Counted from the first letter of the stretch, positions 38,683 to 52,285 are shown. The stretch: 64,000 bases of DNA from Octopus vulgaris (GCA_951406725.2 OX597820.1:52948001-53012000); one strand, 5' to 3'. The notes: generated from the letters alone by a model not told the origin. Numbers and translations are program-made.

Positions 38683-38684
38683 TT

Positions 38685-38820
38685 GGCAGAAAGCCAGATA
38701 TTTTGGGAGTGGGGTAAGTCGATTACGTTGGCCCCAGTGTTGGACTAGTACTCATTTTATCGATCCCGAAAAGATGGAAGTTAAAGTCGATCTCGGCTGA
38801 AGCTGAACTCAGAGTGTAAG
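38685..38820 (-). mobile_element. Diverged truncated family M SINE
   Basis: GTCGATTAC..CCCCAGT..GTACTCATTTTATCGATCCCGAAAAGATG..AAAGTCGA.CTCGGC. Confidence 0.75.
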
Positions 38821-40120
38821 TTTTTCTGCAGTTTTGGTAGGTTCTTCTTTTTAAACTGGAAAGTTGTCGTTGGGAGCAGGTATATAAAGAAGTAGTGAAT
38901 TGTTGTCAGTTTCGTTAAAGAGCTGGACAGAATGCTTCGTAGTATTTGTTTCTGCTCTCAGCACTCTTAAAACTAGCTTTATTTGTTCTGATTTACGGCG
39001 CTCTGAAGCTAGCTTTATCTGTTCTGACTATTGTCGCACGGAGGTTAGCTTCGCATTTTCTCTTCTCGGGGACGATAAAATAGAACAATGTTGTGCTATA
39101 GACATGCTGTCGAGTTTCCATTTAGAAATGACCAAATGAAGTAATCAGAACCGTTTAGCATCTTATTTACAAGGGTGTGAGACAAATGAGCTCCCAGAGA
39201 GTTCACGAAGTGTGTGAGTGTGTTAGTTCATGCGTGTATGATGTTTGAGTTACTAATGAATATTTTTTTGTGGATAGGTCATTGTGTGTATACCCATGTA
39301 TATGTGTCAATGTTTGTATTTGTTTGTCTATGTATGTATGCGTGTATTATTTATATGATTGTGTGTATTGTATGACAGTTGACATTTCTGAATTCACTCG
39401 ACCTATGACAGCTTTTGTTTGTCCTAGTGTAGGTCGTCTAAAAGTCACCCTCTTCAATAAGCAGGGCGTGATTGTGGTGTTGGATACGTCACCTATGAAG
39501 CGACCATGCGCTGATTCTGCTCGTTGTATGGTTAACAGTACTAGATATATCTGTTTGTGTGGCTGTGTCCGTGACTCAGACCAAAGCAAACGAGCTATGT
39601 AAATGTGTGTGTGGAGAGCGAGCGAGCGACAGAGAGAGAGAGAGAGAATTAATTACGATCGCATTTTGATTAAGGATTGGCTGAGTGAAGGCTACATTAA
39701 AACTAGCAAAGAAGTCTTTACGAGGTACATGCAATTTGTTAACATAGTTACAAAAATATGCTTTATATTTAATCATGCTGTAAAAACAACCTTTGTTTGC
39801 TCCGCAGGAATCTCAGCAGTCAGAATATAAACGCAGATCGACTTTCATTTCCAGGTTCGTATTTCGTTAAGCCTTCATTAGGATCCGTTTACTGTTATCT
39901 AAATGCCGAGCGGAGAGTGTGATACGGCATACAGGAAAAATATAAACAAGATAGAGGTAGACCTAATCACTTTTAAATAGCAATGCAAAGTCAAAGGCTT
40001 ATATTAATTGTTTGGTTTAACGAATTGTCTACGTTACGAGCAACAGTATGCGCACGCGTGTGTGCATGTATGTGTGTACATATATATGCGTGTGTACATG
40101 TGTGTGTGTGTATGTAGTCT

Positions 40121-40310
40121 TTTACCTTCTGTTTGTTTTAATCTTCAGAGTGCGCCATGCTGGGGTACCAACCTCGAGGGTTTTAGTTAAGCGAAAACAA
40201 ATCAACCCCATTACACGCCTCTTTTTAAAATTTGGTAATTATTCTATCAGTCTCATATGCCGAACCGCTAGTTTACAGGGACGTAAGCAGACCAACACTA
40301 GTTGTCAAAA
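40121..40310 (-). mobile_element. Diverged 3' half of family C SINE
   Basis: GCCATGCTGGGG..TTATTCTATCAGTCTC..GCCGAACCGCTAG..GGGACGTAA..CCAACAC. Confidence 0.7.
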
Positions 40311-40453
40311 CTCAAGCACAAAGACACACGCACAGATATATATATAAACAGTTTGTCCAGGGTAAGTTTTACAATTTGTATAAAAGGAAAAGAAAATACA
40401 ATATTCCGTACGGACATAAATATAATTTTAAAAGATCAACGCATCAACTTGAT

Positions 40454-40725
40454 CAGTGGTTCCCAAATACTCCCATATGACCCCAGGGTCTCCAAAAGAT
40501 TTTTCCTTTAAAATCTATCGGTAATAGATTGGTTATACTTCTGCAATACAAAAGGCAGTGCTCCAGCATGGCTGCAGTCATATAACTGAAACAAGTAAAA
40601 GAGTAAAAGAATACACAAAATATTTTAATAATTTTTCGTCATACAATTCCTAATAATATTCAATTTTTGAAATACAATAGGAGTCCTTAAAGCATCAAAT
40701 GGTTAGGAGTAAAATAGCAACACTG
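40454..40725. mobile_element. Possible hAT/Charlie-like MITE relic interrupted by a SINE tail
   Basis: Left end CAGTGGTTCCCAA is typical of hAT MITEs. The right end is degenerate (..CAACACTG). Confidence 0.4.
40552..40610 (+). mobile_element. Isolated 3' tail of family C SINE (extreme 5' truncation)
   Basis: GGCAGTGCTCCAGCATGGCTGCAGTCATATAACTGAAACAAGTAAAAGAGTAAAAG, flanked by AATACA repeats. Confidence 0.8.
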
Positions 40726-40753
40726 AACTAGATTATGGCTGGGATGCGACAGT

Positions 40754-41245
40754 TTACTCAAAGTGGCCCCAATCAGCTTCTACCTCAGTCTGATGATGGC
40801 TTTGGGATCTAGCCCATACGTTCCTCACACTGTCCCTAGAAGGATCTTCGAACGCCTCTTTGGGCTTGGCTACCAGCGCGGCTTTCGTGCTACACGTAGA
40901 GCAGTTGGAGTCTTTCTCAACCGCGTTCAACACATAGTAATCCATGAGATTACAATCGGGGCATTAGGAGGCCCGAAATTGGGGCTAGTAGGGTCTTAAT
41001 AATTCTACGACAGTCTTTTCTGATTCTTTTTGGAGGTATTGCAAGGAGTCTAATCCTGCTTCCACACATATAGCCTTCCAGCAGCAGCCTTACCTAGCCA
41101 AGGTTTGATCGAAGTCTCCAGCAATTTCACACAGCCGTGTAAACTGAGCCAAAGATGTGAGGGGGCGTGAGGTCACTCTGAATGTAGGCATCCAAAGACA
41201 ATCAGAGTCAGGGAACATTTGGTTTTCATGACGTCCATGTCACGT
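40754..41245 (-). pseudogene. Decayed Tc1/mariner-superfamily transposase, maT (DD37D)-like catalytic domain
   Basis: VMKTK..IVFG; KPWL..AAGRLYVWKQD*TPCNTS; PPNAP/DCNLMDYYV..AVEKD..TKAAL..GHFE*. Matches the QQDSAPCH..PPNSPDCNPMDY..GGYFE pattern. Confidence 0.82.
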
Positions 41246-41884
41246 ATCACAGCCTTTAAAGTGTTCACAGTGTATTGAGCAGCAGTCATGATGGCGGCAT
41301 TGTGATGCTCAACGCGAATCATCATGATAGAATTAACTCATTACCAGTTTTCGGATGGCTCATCTACACCTGTTCTCTTTATGCTCTTATTGCTGTTAAC
41401 TTTTCATCAATACTCCGAGCTGTTCCTGAAAAAAAAATAAAAAGTAACATAAAAAAATCAAAGTCAACTTTAGCCCGAACACACTGAACAAACACACACA
41501 TGCACACAAGCATACACACACACATTACACTCACAGGCACACACGTACACACGCACATATACACACACACGCATACGTAGACACACACACGCATACGTAG
41601 ACACACACACACATTACTCACACACACACACACACACACGCACGCACACACACACGCACATATATATATTTCAGAGATGGGATCCAGAATCCAGAGGTTC
41701 TCCGTATAGAGGAAACATAGTAGTGCTCAACATATTCAAACTTAGACTCCGATGTTTTTGCAGGGGATCGATTCCACAAGTTAAAAGAAAGGCTATAAGA
41801 GGGATCAAGTTGTGCGATTATAGAAGCAATTATTCGGATAAGCAAATTAGATACATCAAATATTTTAAATAAGTTAAATATCTA

Positions 41885-42162
41885 GGCGTAGGAGTGGCTG
41901 TGTGGTAAGTAGCTTGCTTACCAACCACATGGTTCCAGGTTCAGTCCCACTGCGTGACACCTGTCTCTGTTTCCCATCATCGCTTGACAACCGGTGTTGG
42001 TGTGTTTACGTCCCTATAATCTAGCGGTCCGACTAAAGAGACCGATAGAATAAATACTAGGCTTTAAAAAATAAAGTCATTGGGACGATTTGTTCGACGA
42101 AAATCCTTCAAGGCGGCACTCCAGCATGGCCGCAGTCAAATGACCGAAACAATTAAAAAGAA
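41885..42162 (+). mobile_element. Family C SINE lacking the internal CORE remainder and microsatellite
   Basis: Head GGCGTAGGAGTGGCTGTGTGGTAAG..GGTTCAGTCCCACTGCGTG joined directly to the 3' half ending CAGCATGGCCGCAGTCAAATGACCGAAAC. Confidence 0.88.
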
Positions 42163-42711
42163 TTTTAAAAATTATTACTTTTCAGCTACTTATATAATCT
42201 TGATTCCGCACTGATTCTGCCATCGTAATGAACAGACGTGTGTCTTTGTCAGGGCATTTTTGATGCAACTGCACACCTTGGAAACGTCAATGTAACACCC
42301 CACTGGACTGGTCTTGAACTTCTTGGACCCTTCAAACGTTACCAACATCCTTTTCCTTTTTTTACGTTCTGTCTCTCATTCGACCAACAGGAACAATCAT
42401 AAATCGTTCCTCCTCCATGTACACCACCGTCATAAACCTTATGTCGCCACGTTTCCTATCTATGTGCCTACAAACCCTTTCTCAATCTTTCCTTACAAAT
42501 TCTCAAAACAACCTGTTTTAATAGTGTAGATATATTTACTTCGAGATACTCAGTTCCGAAAACAAAGTATGTCACGTTCTCTCGAAGTTTATAAGTACTT
42601 TTAACTACACAACCAAATACCCACGTACACACATATGCACATACATGTATACGTATATGTGTACAGTCAGAAATAGATATATACGCATGTGCATACATAT
42701 ATACATTTATA

Positions 42712-42748
<37 letters not shown>

Positions 42749-42935
42749 ATATATATGAGTGAAATAAAATAATTAATTACAAATTCGTTGACAACTACAG
42801 CACATTAAAAATGCACGCATACACAAATTGTTCATTTTCTTGTTTTAATAATATATGTTAAGTATCGAAGTTTTTATGATATTCAACTTCGCTGTCTCAC
42901 TCATGATACATTAATTCTATGTATCAGTAAGTATA

Positions 42936-43060
42936 TAATTGTTAAAGAGGACAAGAAATATTAAGGCAAGGCAAACATCTCAAGTCGTATACAATATTAT
43001 TTGATGTTTGCCTTGAGATATTTTCCTTGCTTTAAGGTTTGTTGTCCTCTTTAACAATTA
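42936..43060. repeat. ~125-bp palindromic element (MITE-like hairpin)
   Basis: TAATTGTTAAAGAGGACAA...CTCAAG / CTTGAGA...TTGTCCTCTTTAACAATTA, ~49-bp arms. Confidence 0.85.
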
Positions 43061-43197
43061 AATATCCGCTATATCGGAAATCTGCAATGGTTCCATAACT
43101 ACCGTCTCGGCTATAACCTTGGAGGCCTAGTAATTCGTTACAGCGCTTACCTAGCGTACCTATTCGTTTAGATCACCTCTGAACTAAAGCCCATAAT

Positions 43198-43293
<96 letters not shown>

Positions 43294-43308
43294 AAATGTA
43301 GAACGTTC

Positions 43309-43457
43309 GAATGAGTGTCCCCACATCGCATTGGTGGATAAATAATTTTATTTGTGAATTAAGGCTACCATTGGTTTCATGTTAAGAAGAGTAGGAAAAT
43401 TTCCAAGTATCTTAAGAATTTTTCAAACCAATCACATGGAGAAATGTGTTCGCTTCC
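43309..43457 (-). repeat. Dispersed repeat homologous to 890-1035
   Basis: Same shared blocks as listed for 890-1035. Confidence 0.6.
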
Positions 43458-43725
43458 TGAAAGAGAGAAGAAGGGAGAAAGAGATGCGGAGAGAGAGAGA
43501 GAGGGAGTGAGAGAAGGGGAGGAGAGAGAAAGAAAATTAATGTAGACAGCAGTTGATAATGTTTCACCTAAAAGGAAAATTATAATCATCACCAATATGA
43601 CTAGGTTGTTAGAAACTCCTACATTGCTAGAAAGAAGGCCTGAAATACTCTGATGCTGTAATCAAAGCACATAACTGTATGTATACTGAGAGGGACTGTA
43701 ATCGTCCGAAATCACCGTTCGAGAA

Positions 43726-43760
<35 letters not shown>

Positions 43761-44353
43761 CAGAATAAATTTGGCAATCCTCATTTAACTATATAAAGTG
43801 TCCCTAAAATATTTCCCCATGTCATTCGTAAAAGCGTACATTACCGAACTGATAGTAAATGACTCGCTAAGTAGAATCACAAATAAAATGTATATTTATT
43901 GGTGTAAAATATGAGAATTGTCTGTAAATTAAACAATTCCGAGACGTCTTCACATGACAAACAATAGGCAAAGAGCTATCAGCATATAAATTATGGACCA
44001 TTAAACAGCCAGACTAGAATGATATATGCAGTTAAAATAATATCAGACAATGGATAATATGACTTTTTAAAGTTTAACAAATGGTTGAATATTTGAGTAA
44101 GAATTCGACTATCAGATGAAAAGATTCTTTAAAAAAATAAATATAATACACGATTGAATCATTCAATAATATATTACATAAAACTGGATGATTAATCTTG
44201 TTCTAATAACCGTAATACGTATAGAAATTATACTTAGATGTCTTCTGTGTGATAACAATAGATATATCAGGTAAATCGAAAATAAAAGCAATAACGAACT
44301 ACAAAAGTCAAAATGTTTTAGGATGCTCTGTTAAAGTTGGAAAAAAGTGGGTG

Positions 44354-44386
44354 TGTGATATTTCGAGCATGGCTCTTCGTCTGACG
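44354..44386 (-). ncRNA. Degenerate minimal hammerhead ribozyme in a relic (~44290-44470) related to 6940-7120
   Basis: Minus strand GT-CAGACGA-AGAGC-CAT-GCTC-GAAA-TA-TC-AC. It has the same stem II (GAGC/GCTC) as 6991-7023 and similar flanks. Confidence 0.5.
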
Positions 44387-44569
44387 AAGAGGAAAGCGGA
44401 AAAGTCTGGAGTGGGGGAAAAGAATAGTCGGAGAAAAGTACGTGTGCGGTTATATGGCTGAAACGACCGGAAGATATTTCAGGTTGTTATACAGTACAAT
44501 AAATATATTGTACTGTATTATAAAGTATACAATAAATGACAACCCAATGAAGGCTTCTCTCTCTGCTAC

Positions 44570-44755
44570 AGTTAACGACTTTATAAAGTTCATATCAGGG
44601 CCACAATTGAATAACACTTCCTTGTTCGGACGGTACTGCTTATAAGCACAGAGACATCATGGACCTCATCCAGAGAAGAGAAAATCAACTGATTGGAATT
44701 AAACCACTGGCAGATACACTCTAAACTCTGGCCAACAAGCTCCCTATTTCTCACT

Positions 44756-44824
<69 letters not shown>

Positions 44825-45060
44825 CGTATTATCGCTGTAAAATTACCTCCGTTTTTGTACTGAATGGCTACGTAACTCTACCACTCAAGTGTCATGAACC
44901 TCTTGCCTGTCCAACTCTCGTTACCTTTGTAACATCCAACACTACGCGAACATCGCACTATCCGGCATGACAATGCTTTCTTTTCTAGAACATCAGCTCT
45001 CTGGAATCTTCTACCAGCTCATGTCTTTCTTGCATTTTAAACATAACATTAACAATCTCA
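44570..45060 (+). pseudogene. Decayed CR1-group (Zenon-like) LINE ORF2 3' region split by (CT)n
   Basis: YKVHIRATIE, DLIQRR..LIG..LADTL, then (CT)n, then FFSRTSALWNLLPAHVF..FKHNINN. Confidence 0.7.
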
Positions 45061-46269
45061 AACTCAGTGGTTTCGGATGGATTGGAAACGTATGAGTTTT
45101 GCCCCTTCTTACAAATTCAGCAACTAACATACGGTTTCCTTTATATTCTGGTGTATTATCTTCACCCAGCGAAGAAGTCACTACTCTATTGGTCAGCCTC
45201 CAGTAATTTAGAGCCAAATTTCTCTCAAAATTTACATTCACGTAAAAAAAACTGATGGTATATATCGGTTCGCTTGTTTTTAATATCACATACCAGAAAA
45301 TGACATCTGTTTAAGATTTGAATGCAGGTCAACCGATGTTAGTTCCTCAAAAAGAAATGTTTATTTCTAAAAGTATGTCTGTCATGAAAAGGTCAGTGAA
45401 ATTGACAATTCTTCAATTCACAAATATTTTGAAAATCCTAAAGAGTTTTCATCAAATTCTCACACATCATTTACACACTGTTGTCAGAAATAATGGCTAT
45501 GACAGGGGCAAAAACAAAAACGATAAAGAAGGATGTTCTGTCATTATCTACCAGCTGAATGTCAGTTATACGCCGGAATATTTTTAAAATCTCAGTATTT
45601 TACACATAAAAGTAAACCTTATATCGTTAAGAAACGCAAACAATTTTGAACTATTACTATAGAAAATTTAGCCTAAAAGGCACTTTGTTATGCTATTCAT
45701 TGTAATTGCACATGACATTCGCATTGCAATAATTCGATCGATTAGGTAGCATAGGGTTATATGATAAAGTATATCTCATATTAAACACAATATTCTGCAT
45801 TTAATACATAGATACCAGAAATGAACTGTAAAGCATCTCGCGAATTCTTGTTTAGCAGCATCCTAAAAGCAATATCCCGTTCAATCCAGACAGATAAATA
45901 CAAATAACACAAACACAAGCAGCTTGAATACCAATGATGATTAACCAAGAACAGTGCAGCTCTGAACATCAGCACTCATGTGTATAAAATAACTACACTG
46001 CATAAGATTCATCATAACGTATCGCATTGTATAGTAAAGTCCTCAGTTAAGCAGGGGCATTGAGAATGTCCCAGTTAATTATATAAGAGACTACCTTCGT
46101 GCCTTGTAAACACAGCTATGCACCACTTATAATAGAGTATGGCTTAGTTGGTATCAAGTACCATGCTTTCGCTAAATGTTTTAGGTGCCTGTGTAATTGT
46201 GATGAGACATACACATCATGGAACCATATACTTAACAACACAATGCGACGAACCGACTCTGCCAACCGA

Positions 46270-46442
46270 AAAGGGAGAGATATAAATCTCAACAGCTGGC
46301 TGGTACACATTACAGTGACATGAAATGGAGCAACATGGAAGGAAGTATCTTCCCCAAGAATGCAACATGCCGTCCATGTAAGTAAATGAACCTACAAACT
46401 TATGATACTAGGCCCTCATTCCAGCCATTAAGCCATATGCCC
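46270..46442 (-). mobile_element. Old diverged tRNA/CORE SINE head
   Basis: TGGAGCAACATGGAA..AAGTATCTT.CCCAAGAA..CAAC and CCATTAAGCCAT align with 58155-58277. Confidence 0.55.
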
Positions 46443-46481
46443 TGTAGATCATATCTAAACTGTACCTACATAATAATAATA

Positions 46482-47570
46482 TTCTTTTCTTCTCTAGGGA
46501 GGGGCCAGTCGATTACATCGACCCCAGTACGCATTTGGTATTTAATTTATCGACCCGGAATTGATGAAAGGCAAAGCTGACCTCGGCGGAATTTGAACTC
46601 AGACATAACGGCAGATGAAGTACCTATTTCTTTACTACCCTCAAGGGGCTAAACACAGAGAGGACAAACAAGGACAGACAAACGGATTAATTCGATTACA
46701 TCGACTCCAGTGCATAAATGGTACTTATTTAATCGACCCCGAAAGGATGAAAGGCAAAGTTGACCTCAGTGGAATTTGAACTCAGAACGTAACGGCAGAC
46801 GAAATACCTATTTCTTTACTACCCACAAGGGGCTAAACACAGAGGAGACAAACAGGGACAGAGAAACGGATTAAGTTGATTACATCGATCCCAGTGCGTA
46901 ACTGGTATTTAATTTATCGACCCCGAAAGGATGAAAGGCAAAGCTGACCTCGGCGGAATTTGAACTCAGAACGTAGCGGCAGACGAGATACCTATTTCTT
47001 TACTACCCACAAGGGGCTAAACACAGAGAGGACAAACTAGGACAGACAAACGGATTAAGTCGATTATATCGACCCCCAGTGCGTAACTGGTACTTAATTT
47101 ATCAACCCCGAATGGATGAAAGGCAAAGTCGACCTCGGCGGAATTTGAACTCAGAACGTAACGGCAGACGAAATACCTATTTCTTTACTACCCACAAGGG
47201 GCTAAACACAGAGGAGACAAACAGGGACAGAGAAACGGATTAAGTTGATTACATCGACCCCAGTGCGTAACTGGTATTTAATTTTACCGACCCCGAAAGG
47301 ATGAAAGGCAAAGCTGACCTCGGCGGAATTTGAACTCAGAACGTAGCGGCAGACGAGATACCTATTTCTTTACTACCCACAAGGGGCTAAACATAGAGGG
47401 GACAAACAAGGACTGACAAACGGATTAAGTCGATTATATCGACCCCAGTGCGTAACTGGTACTTATTTAATCGACCTCGAGAGGATGAAAGGCAAAGTCG
47501 ACCTCGGCGGAATTTGAACTCAGAACGTAACGGCAGACGAAATGCTGCTAAGCATTTCGCCCGGCGCGAA
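46482..47570 (-). repeat. Tandem array of family M SINE units, period 184-185 bp
   Basis: Junction GA(A)ATACCTATTTC variants at 46617, 46801, 46985, 47170 and 47355. Only the last unit retains part of the tRNA head. Confidence 0.93.
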
Positions 47571-48947
47571 TATATCGAGAAATGTAGGACACAAGATTGA
47601 AGAAAACGAAGAATGAGAAAAACTCTATTGGAATTATATTCTTCCCTTCAGTTCAGATGTAATTTTCTTTGTGGCAAAAGATTATTGTTCTCTGTGTACA
47701 AAATCCCTTGATGGATTAGAGCCATGTCACTAACAGGCAGAGATCTGGAGAGTAAACCCCGCACTCTGATACTTTCATTACAGATAAAAGTAGGATATTT
47801 GTTGAGGAATACAGACTCCCATATATCTACTTAGAACTTTTTGAACTCAAATGTCAAACTGTAAGGAATGCGCCCTAGATCTTTCGTTGTGCATATGAAT
47901 ATCTAAACACAAATATCTAAAAATTGTTCATGACAATAATATATCTGATAAAAACAAAAAAGAAAACGCAAGGAGAGGCAGATAATAGGGGTTGGGTGGG
48001 GGTAATCCAAATTTCCCACATCAATGGAATTGTGCTAGAGGGTAGGTAAAAGGAAGTAATAGTGAAAGAGGGACCTAATATTTACGCTTGGAATAGAGGG
48101 CGGAAAAAGAAGAACGTCAAAGTAATGATTTCAACGAAGATGACACATACAAGCCCTAAGTTTTAAGAATTACATAGACATTTGGTAGATTGCTGGTGGT
48201 GCTACAGACTGATCGAAAGGTTACAAATGAGTATGTTGGGTGCTGGTTTTAACCCTGCCTTCATTAAAGCAAGAAATTACCATCAACAGAACAAAACGAT
48301 AACCAACATTACAGAGAGTGGACTCGTTAAATCTCGCCAACAAAGACGACCCTGGATAATAACGTAATTATAGACCTCTGACAGAATTTGGTGCACACTT
48401 CTCTCTCTCTTTTTCTTACCCACTATCTCACACACACCAACATACGCACATGCTTAATAGATAGATAGATCAATTTAGCTAACTATACATATATAGATGT
48501 ATTTTATATGAATTATATATATATATATATCTGTGTGTCTCTGTGTGTATGTGTGTATGTGTGTATGTGCGTGTGTGTGTGTGTGTGCGTGTACGCGCAT
48601 ACAAACATACTCACAAACATACACATATTATAATCGACGTTAAAGAATGCAAACATACGGTTTTATGTATGCGCACTTTATGATGGTGATTATGTGTGTA
48701 TGTCAAGAGACACACACACACATGTACACAAATACTTATGTGCACACACACATATATGCATACACTTCTTATGGATGTGTTAGTAAGTATGTGGATCTGT
48801 GTACATGTATATGTGAGCACTTGTTCGTATATATACATCTATATACACATATATGCATAAACGTTCGTAAATCCACATATCATACATTCATATATTCATA
48901 GAATCATATGTACATATATACATGCGATGCTTAAATACATAAACAAT

Positions 48948-48993
<46 letters not shown>

Positions 48994-49001
48994 GTTTATA
49001 C

Positions 49002-49064
<63 letters not shown>

Positions 49065-49835
49065 TACATATTTACATACGTTCTTATATGTATCTGTGTC
49101 TGCGCCTGAATCTTTCTATGAGTTTATTCGTGCCAGACACACTTGCATGTGTGCATTAATTACATCATCATCATCATCATCATCACCAACATCCTCCTTA
49201 TCATCATCATTACAATCGTCGTCATCATCATCATCATCATCATCATCATTATTATCGATGTGAATATGAGGGACTTCATGCTCACCATGAGCAGTTATCA
49301 TAATTCAACTTTAACCTTTGAGAATATATCATGCGACAGTTATTTAACGTCCCCAGCAACCAACTTTTTCTGATATTTCACGAAAAACCCGCCTCCCCAT
49401 TTTTCTTGTTATTTCTAAGGGTCAATTAATTATGAAACAAAAGTGCTAGGCTAATGACCCCTAAAGGAACACAAAAGGATTCCTTAATGCATACTTTCCC
49501 CTCCGGCCCCATGTTTAGGATGTGGTGAAAATGGTGTGGGTCTAAATTGATTAGCGGTGTTTGAAAATGTTGTTTGATTATAGCCTGATGGGTAATTATA
49601 GTGGAGGAACTTGTCCAAACGGCGTCAGCTCTTCAAATGATAACCGGAACATGTCCGGTGGTGGTGATGGGGAGATGGTAGGGGTGATGGTTGGATAGGC
49701 GGGGCTGAGAGGTAGGTGGAAAAGATGATAGTCAAATGAAATATGTATAAGGGAAAACTGATGGCTAAAAGACATTTATACATGGGTGCGTCTATCCGTG
49801 TACGTGTGTGTGAGTGTGTGAATGATTGTGTATGT

Positions 49836-49916
<81 letters not shown>

Positions 49917-50031
49917 TGTGTGCGTATGTTTATATGTGCATAAATAGAGAAAGTAGGAGGAAGAGAGAAAGCTGATTGAAGGGGATTTTAGAAAGAGTAA
50001 AAGAAAATTATTAAATATTTAGGAAGGAGCG

Positions 50032-50069
<38 letters not shown>

Positions 50070-50244
50070 GGAGAAAGAAAGATAGAAAGAAAGGGAGAGA
50101 TCTTGTTAGAGAGAAGTGATTCCGGGAAAAGCTAGGAAGAGACAGACGTGGTCATTAAAAAGCGAGAACATGAGCGGTATGAAATATTAACGGAATGGAA
50201 AAGGGTAATATAAATATATAATATTTGAATGAGTGTATGAGTGT

Positions 50245-50592
50245 ACATATGCAGGAAAACGCAGATGCATACAGACACCATGCGTGTATACATACATACA
50301 AGCATACATAAATGCATACATATATACGTACATACATATGCGCTTGCATACATGCACACATACATACATATGTGCTTGCACACATACATATTTACGTACA
50401 TATATATACATGCATGCATACATACACATGTGCATGCATGCATACATATATACATACATATATATGTGCATGCATACATACATGCATGCATACATACATG
50501 CATGCATACAGACATATACATACATACATACAGGCATATACATACATACCTACATACATGCATACAGACATATACATACATACATACATACA

Positions 50593-50626
<34 letters not shown>

Positions 50627-50680
50627 CATACATACATACATACATACATACGTACGTACATACGTACGTACATATATGGG
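50245..50680. repeat. Degenerate (TACA/TGCA)n microsatellite
   Basis: Directly visible. It is the source of the long YVCM/IHT ORFs. Confidence 0.93.
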
Positions 50681-51638
50681 TGGGTTCAGTGAGATATGCA
50701 ATTATAGATAACTGCATACATGAATAAAAACATACAGCAGAGATGAGAGAGGGAGTGAGAGAGAAAGAGAGAAGGAAAGCGAGAGAGAGAAGGAAAGTGA
50801 GAGAGAGAAGGATAGTGAGAGAGTGAGAGGGAGGAGAGACATAGTAAAATTATTGAGAATGAATGCAGAAAACGTAAGCCGGTGGGGAGGGAGAAGCGGT
50901 GTTGGTGTGAAAGAGATAGAAAAAGAGTTGGGAAGAATATAGAGAGAGGGGTAAAAAGATGGGGGAATGATACAAACAGTGATAAGAGTGTTTTGATGAT
51001 GTAGATGAAGGAAATAAAAGGGACGAGAGATTAGATGTCATTCTCCAGATATAGGCTGGGGTCTGGCGAGTATCGAGCTTAAGTCAGTGAAACTGGGGAC
51101 ATCCCTAGGATGAAAAAAAAAGGGAAGATAGAGAGAAAGGTGGAACATTAGCGATGGAGGAAGAGAGAGTGTAGTTTGTGATGAGGTTGATATGTCATGT
51201 GTTGTGTGTGATAATTGATTTATAGGAGTGCAGTGAGGCGTTTAGTTTTGGTTTTGAGGGGACTGTAGGGGTTTTTTAGATTGAAGGGCGGCTGGGCCAG
51301 AAGGAAGAACTGCAAGAATAAGAGAGTGGGGAAAGGGAATAATAGGTGATAGGATGGCACAACTGCCAACTGGCTTCCTGACTGACAGAAGAGAGATAGA
51401 TAGATATGTACATGCGCACGTACATATACAAATATGTGTGTGTGAGTGAGTGTGTGTGTGTGTGTGTGTGCGTCTGTGTGTTTGTGTGTGTATTTGTGCG
51501 TTTGTATTTGTGTGTGTATATGTGTGTGTGAGTATTTGTGTTTATGTGTGTGTTTGTGTGAGTGTATGTTTGGGTGTATATGTTTATAAAGGCAAAAAAG
51601 ATTGATATATTGATAGATTCATAAATACATACATACAT

Positions 51639-51739
<101 letters not shown>

Positions 51740-51894
51740 CACACATACATAGACAGACATTAAGCAAGCGTTTATGTGTGTGTGCATATATATATATATA
51801 TGTCTATATGCACACATATATACATATATTAAACGTGTTCTATAAGAACTTATATATATATATGCATATATATTAAACATGTATTCTATAAGAA

Positions 51895-52285
51895 CTTCAC
51901 CTCCTGTTTCTCCTTCTTCTTCTTCTCCTTCCAATTCCTGCTCCTCTTTCACGTTTTACTACCTTTCTCTCCTTTCTCCTTTTCCTCCTCTTCCTTTCCT
52001 CCACTGTCTTTCCATCTTCACGTTTTCCCCTCTTTCACTTTCCTTTCTTCCTCGACATTCCCCTCTAATCCCACTTCCCTGTCTTTCTCACCCTCTGCAC
52101 CTTTATTTCTTTCTCTCCCCTTTTCACCCTTTTCCCTAACTTCCTCACCTCCTTCTTTTCCCCTTCTCTACTTCCTCCAGTTCGTCCACTTCTTCTTCGT
52201 GTTATTTTTCATCTTCTTCCCCGTCTTCTTATTATTGCTATTATTCTCTTTCTTATTTGTTGCTGTTGTTGTTCATCTTCTTCTT
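51895..52285. repeat. Long polypyrimidine low-complexity tract
   Basis: Almost exclusively C/T on the plus strand. Confidence 0.85.

Noticed and set aside
46482-47570. CRISPR-like regular array
   Set aside because: Whole 184-bp units repeat with no unique spacers; the array is SINE-derived, in a eukaryotic context, with no cas genes.
49330-49740. Cluster of TAATTA/AACAAAAG motifs suggesting an enhancer
   Set aside because: Such motifs are expected by chance in AT-rich DNA, and no conservation data are available.
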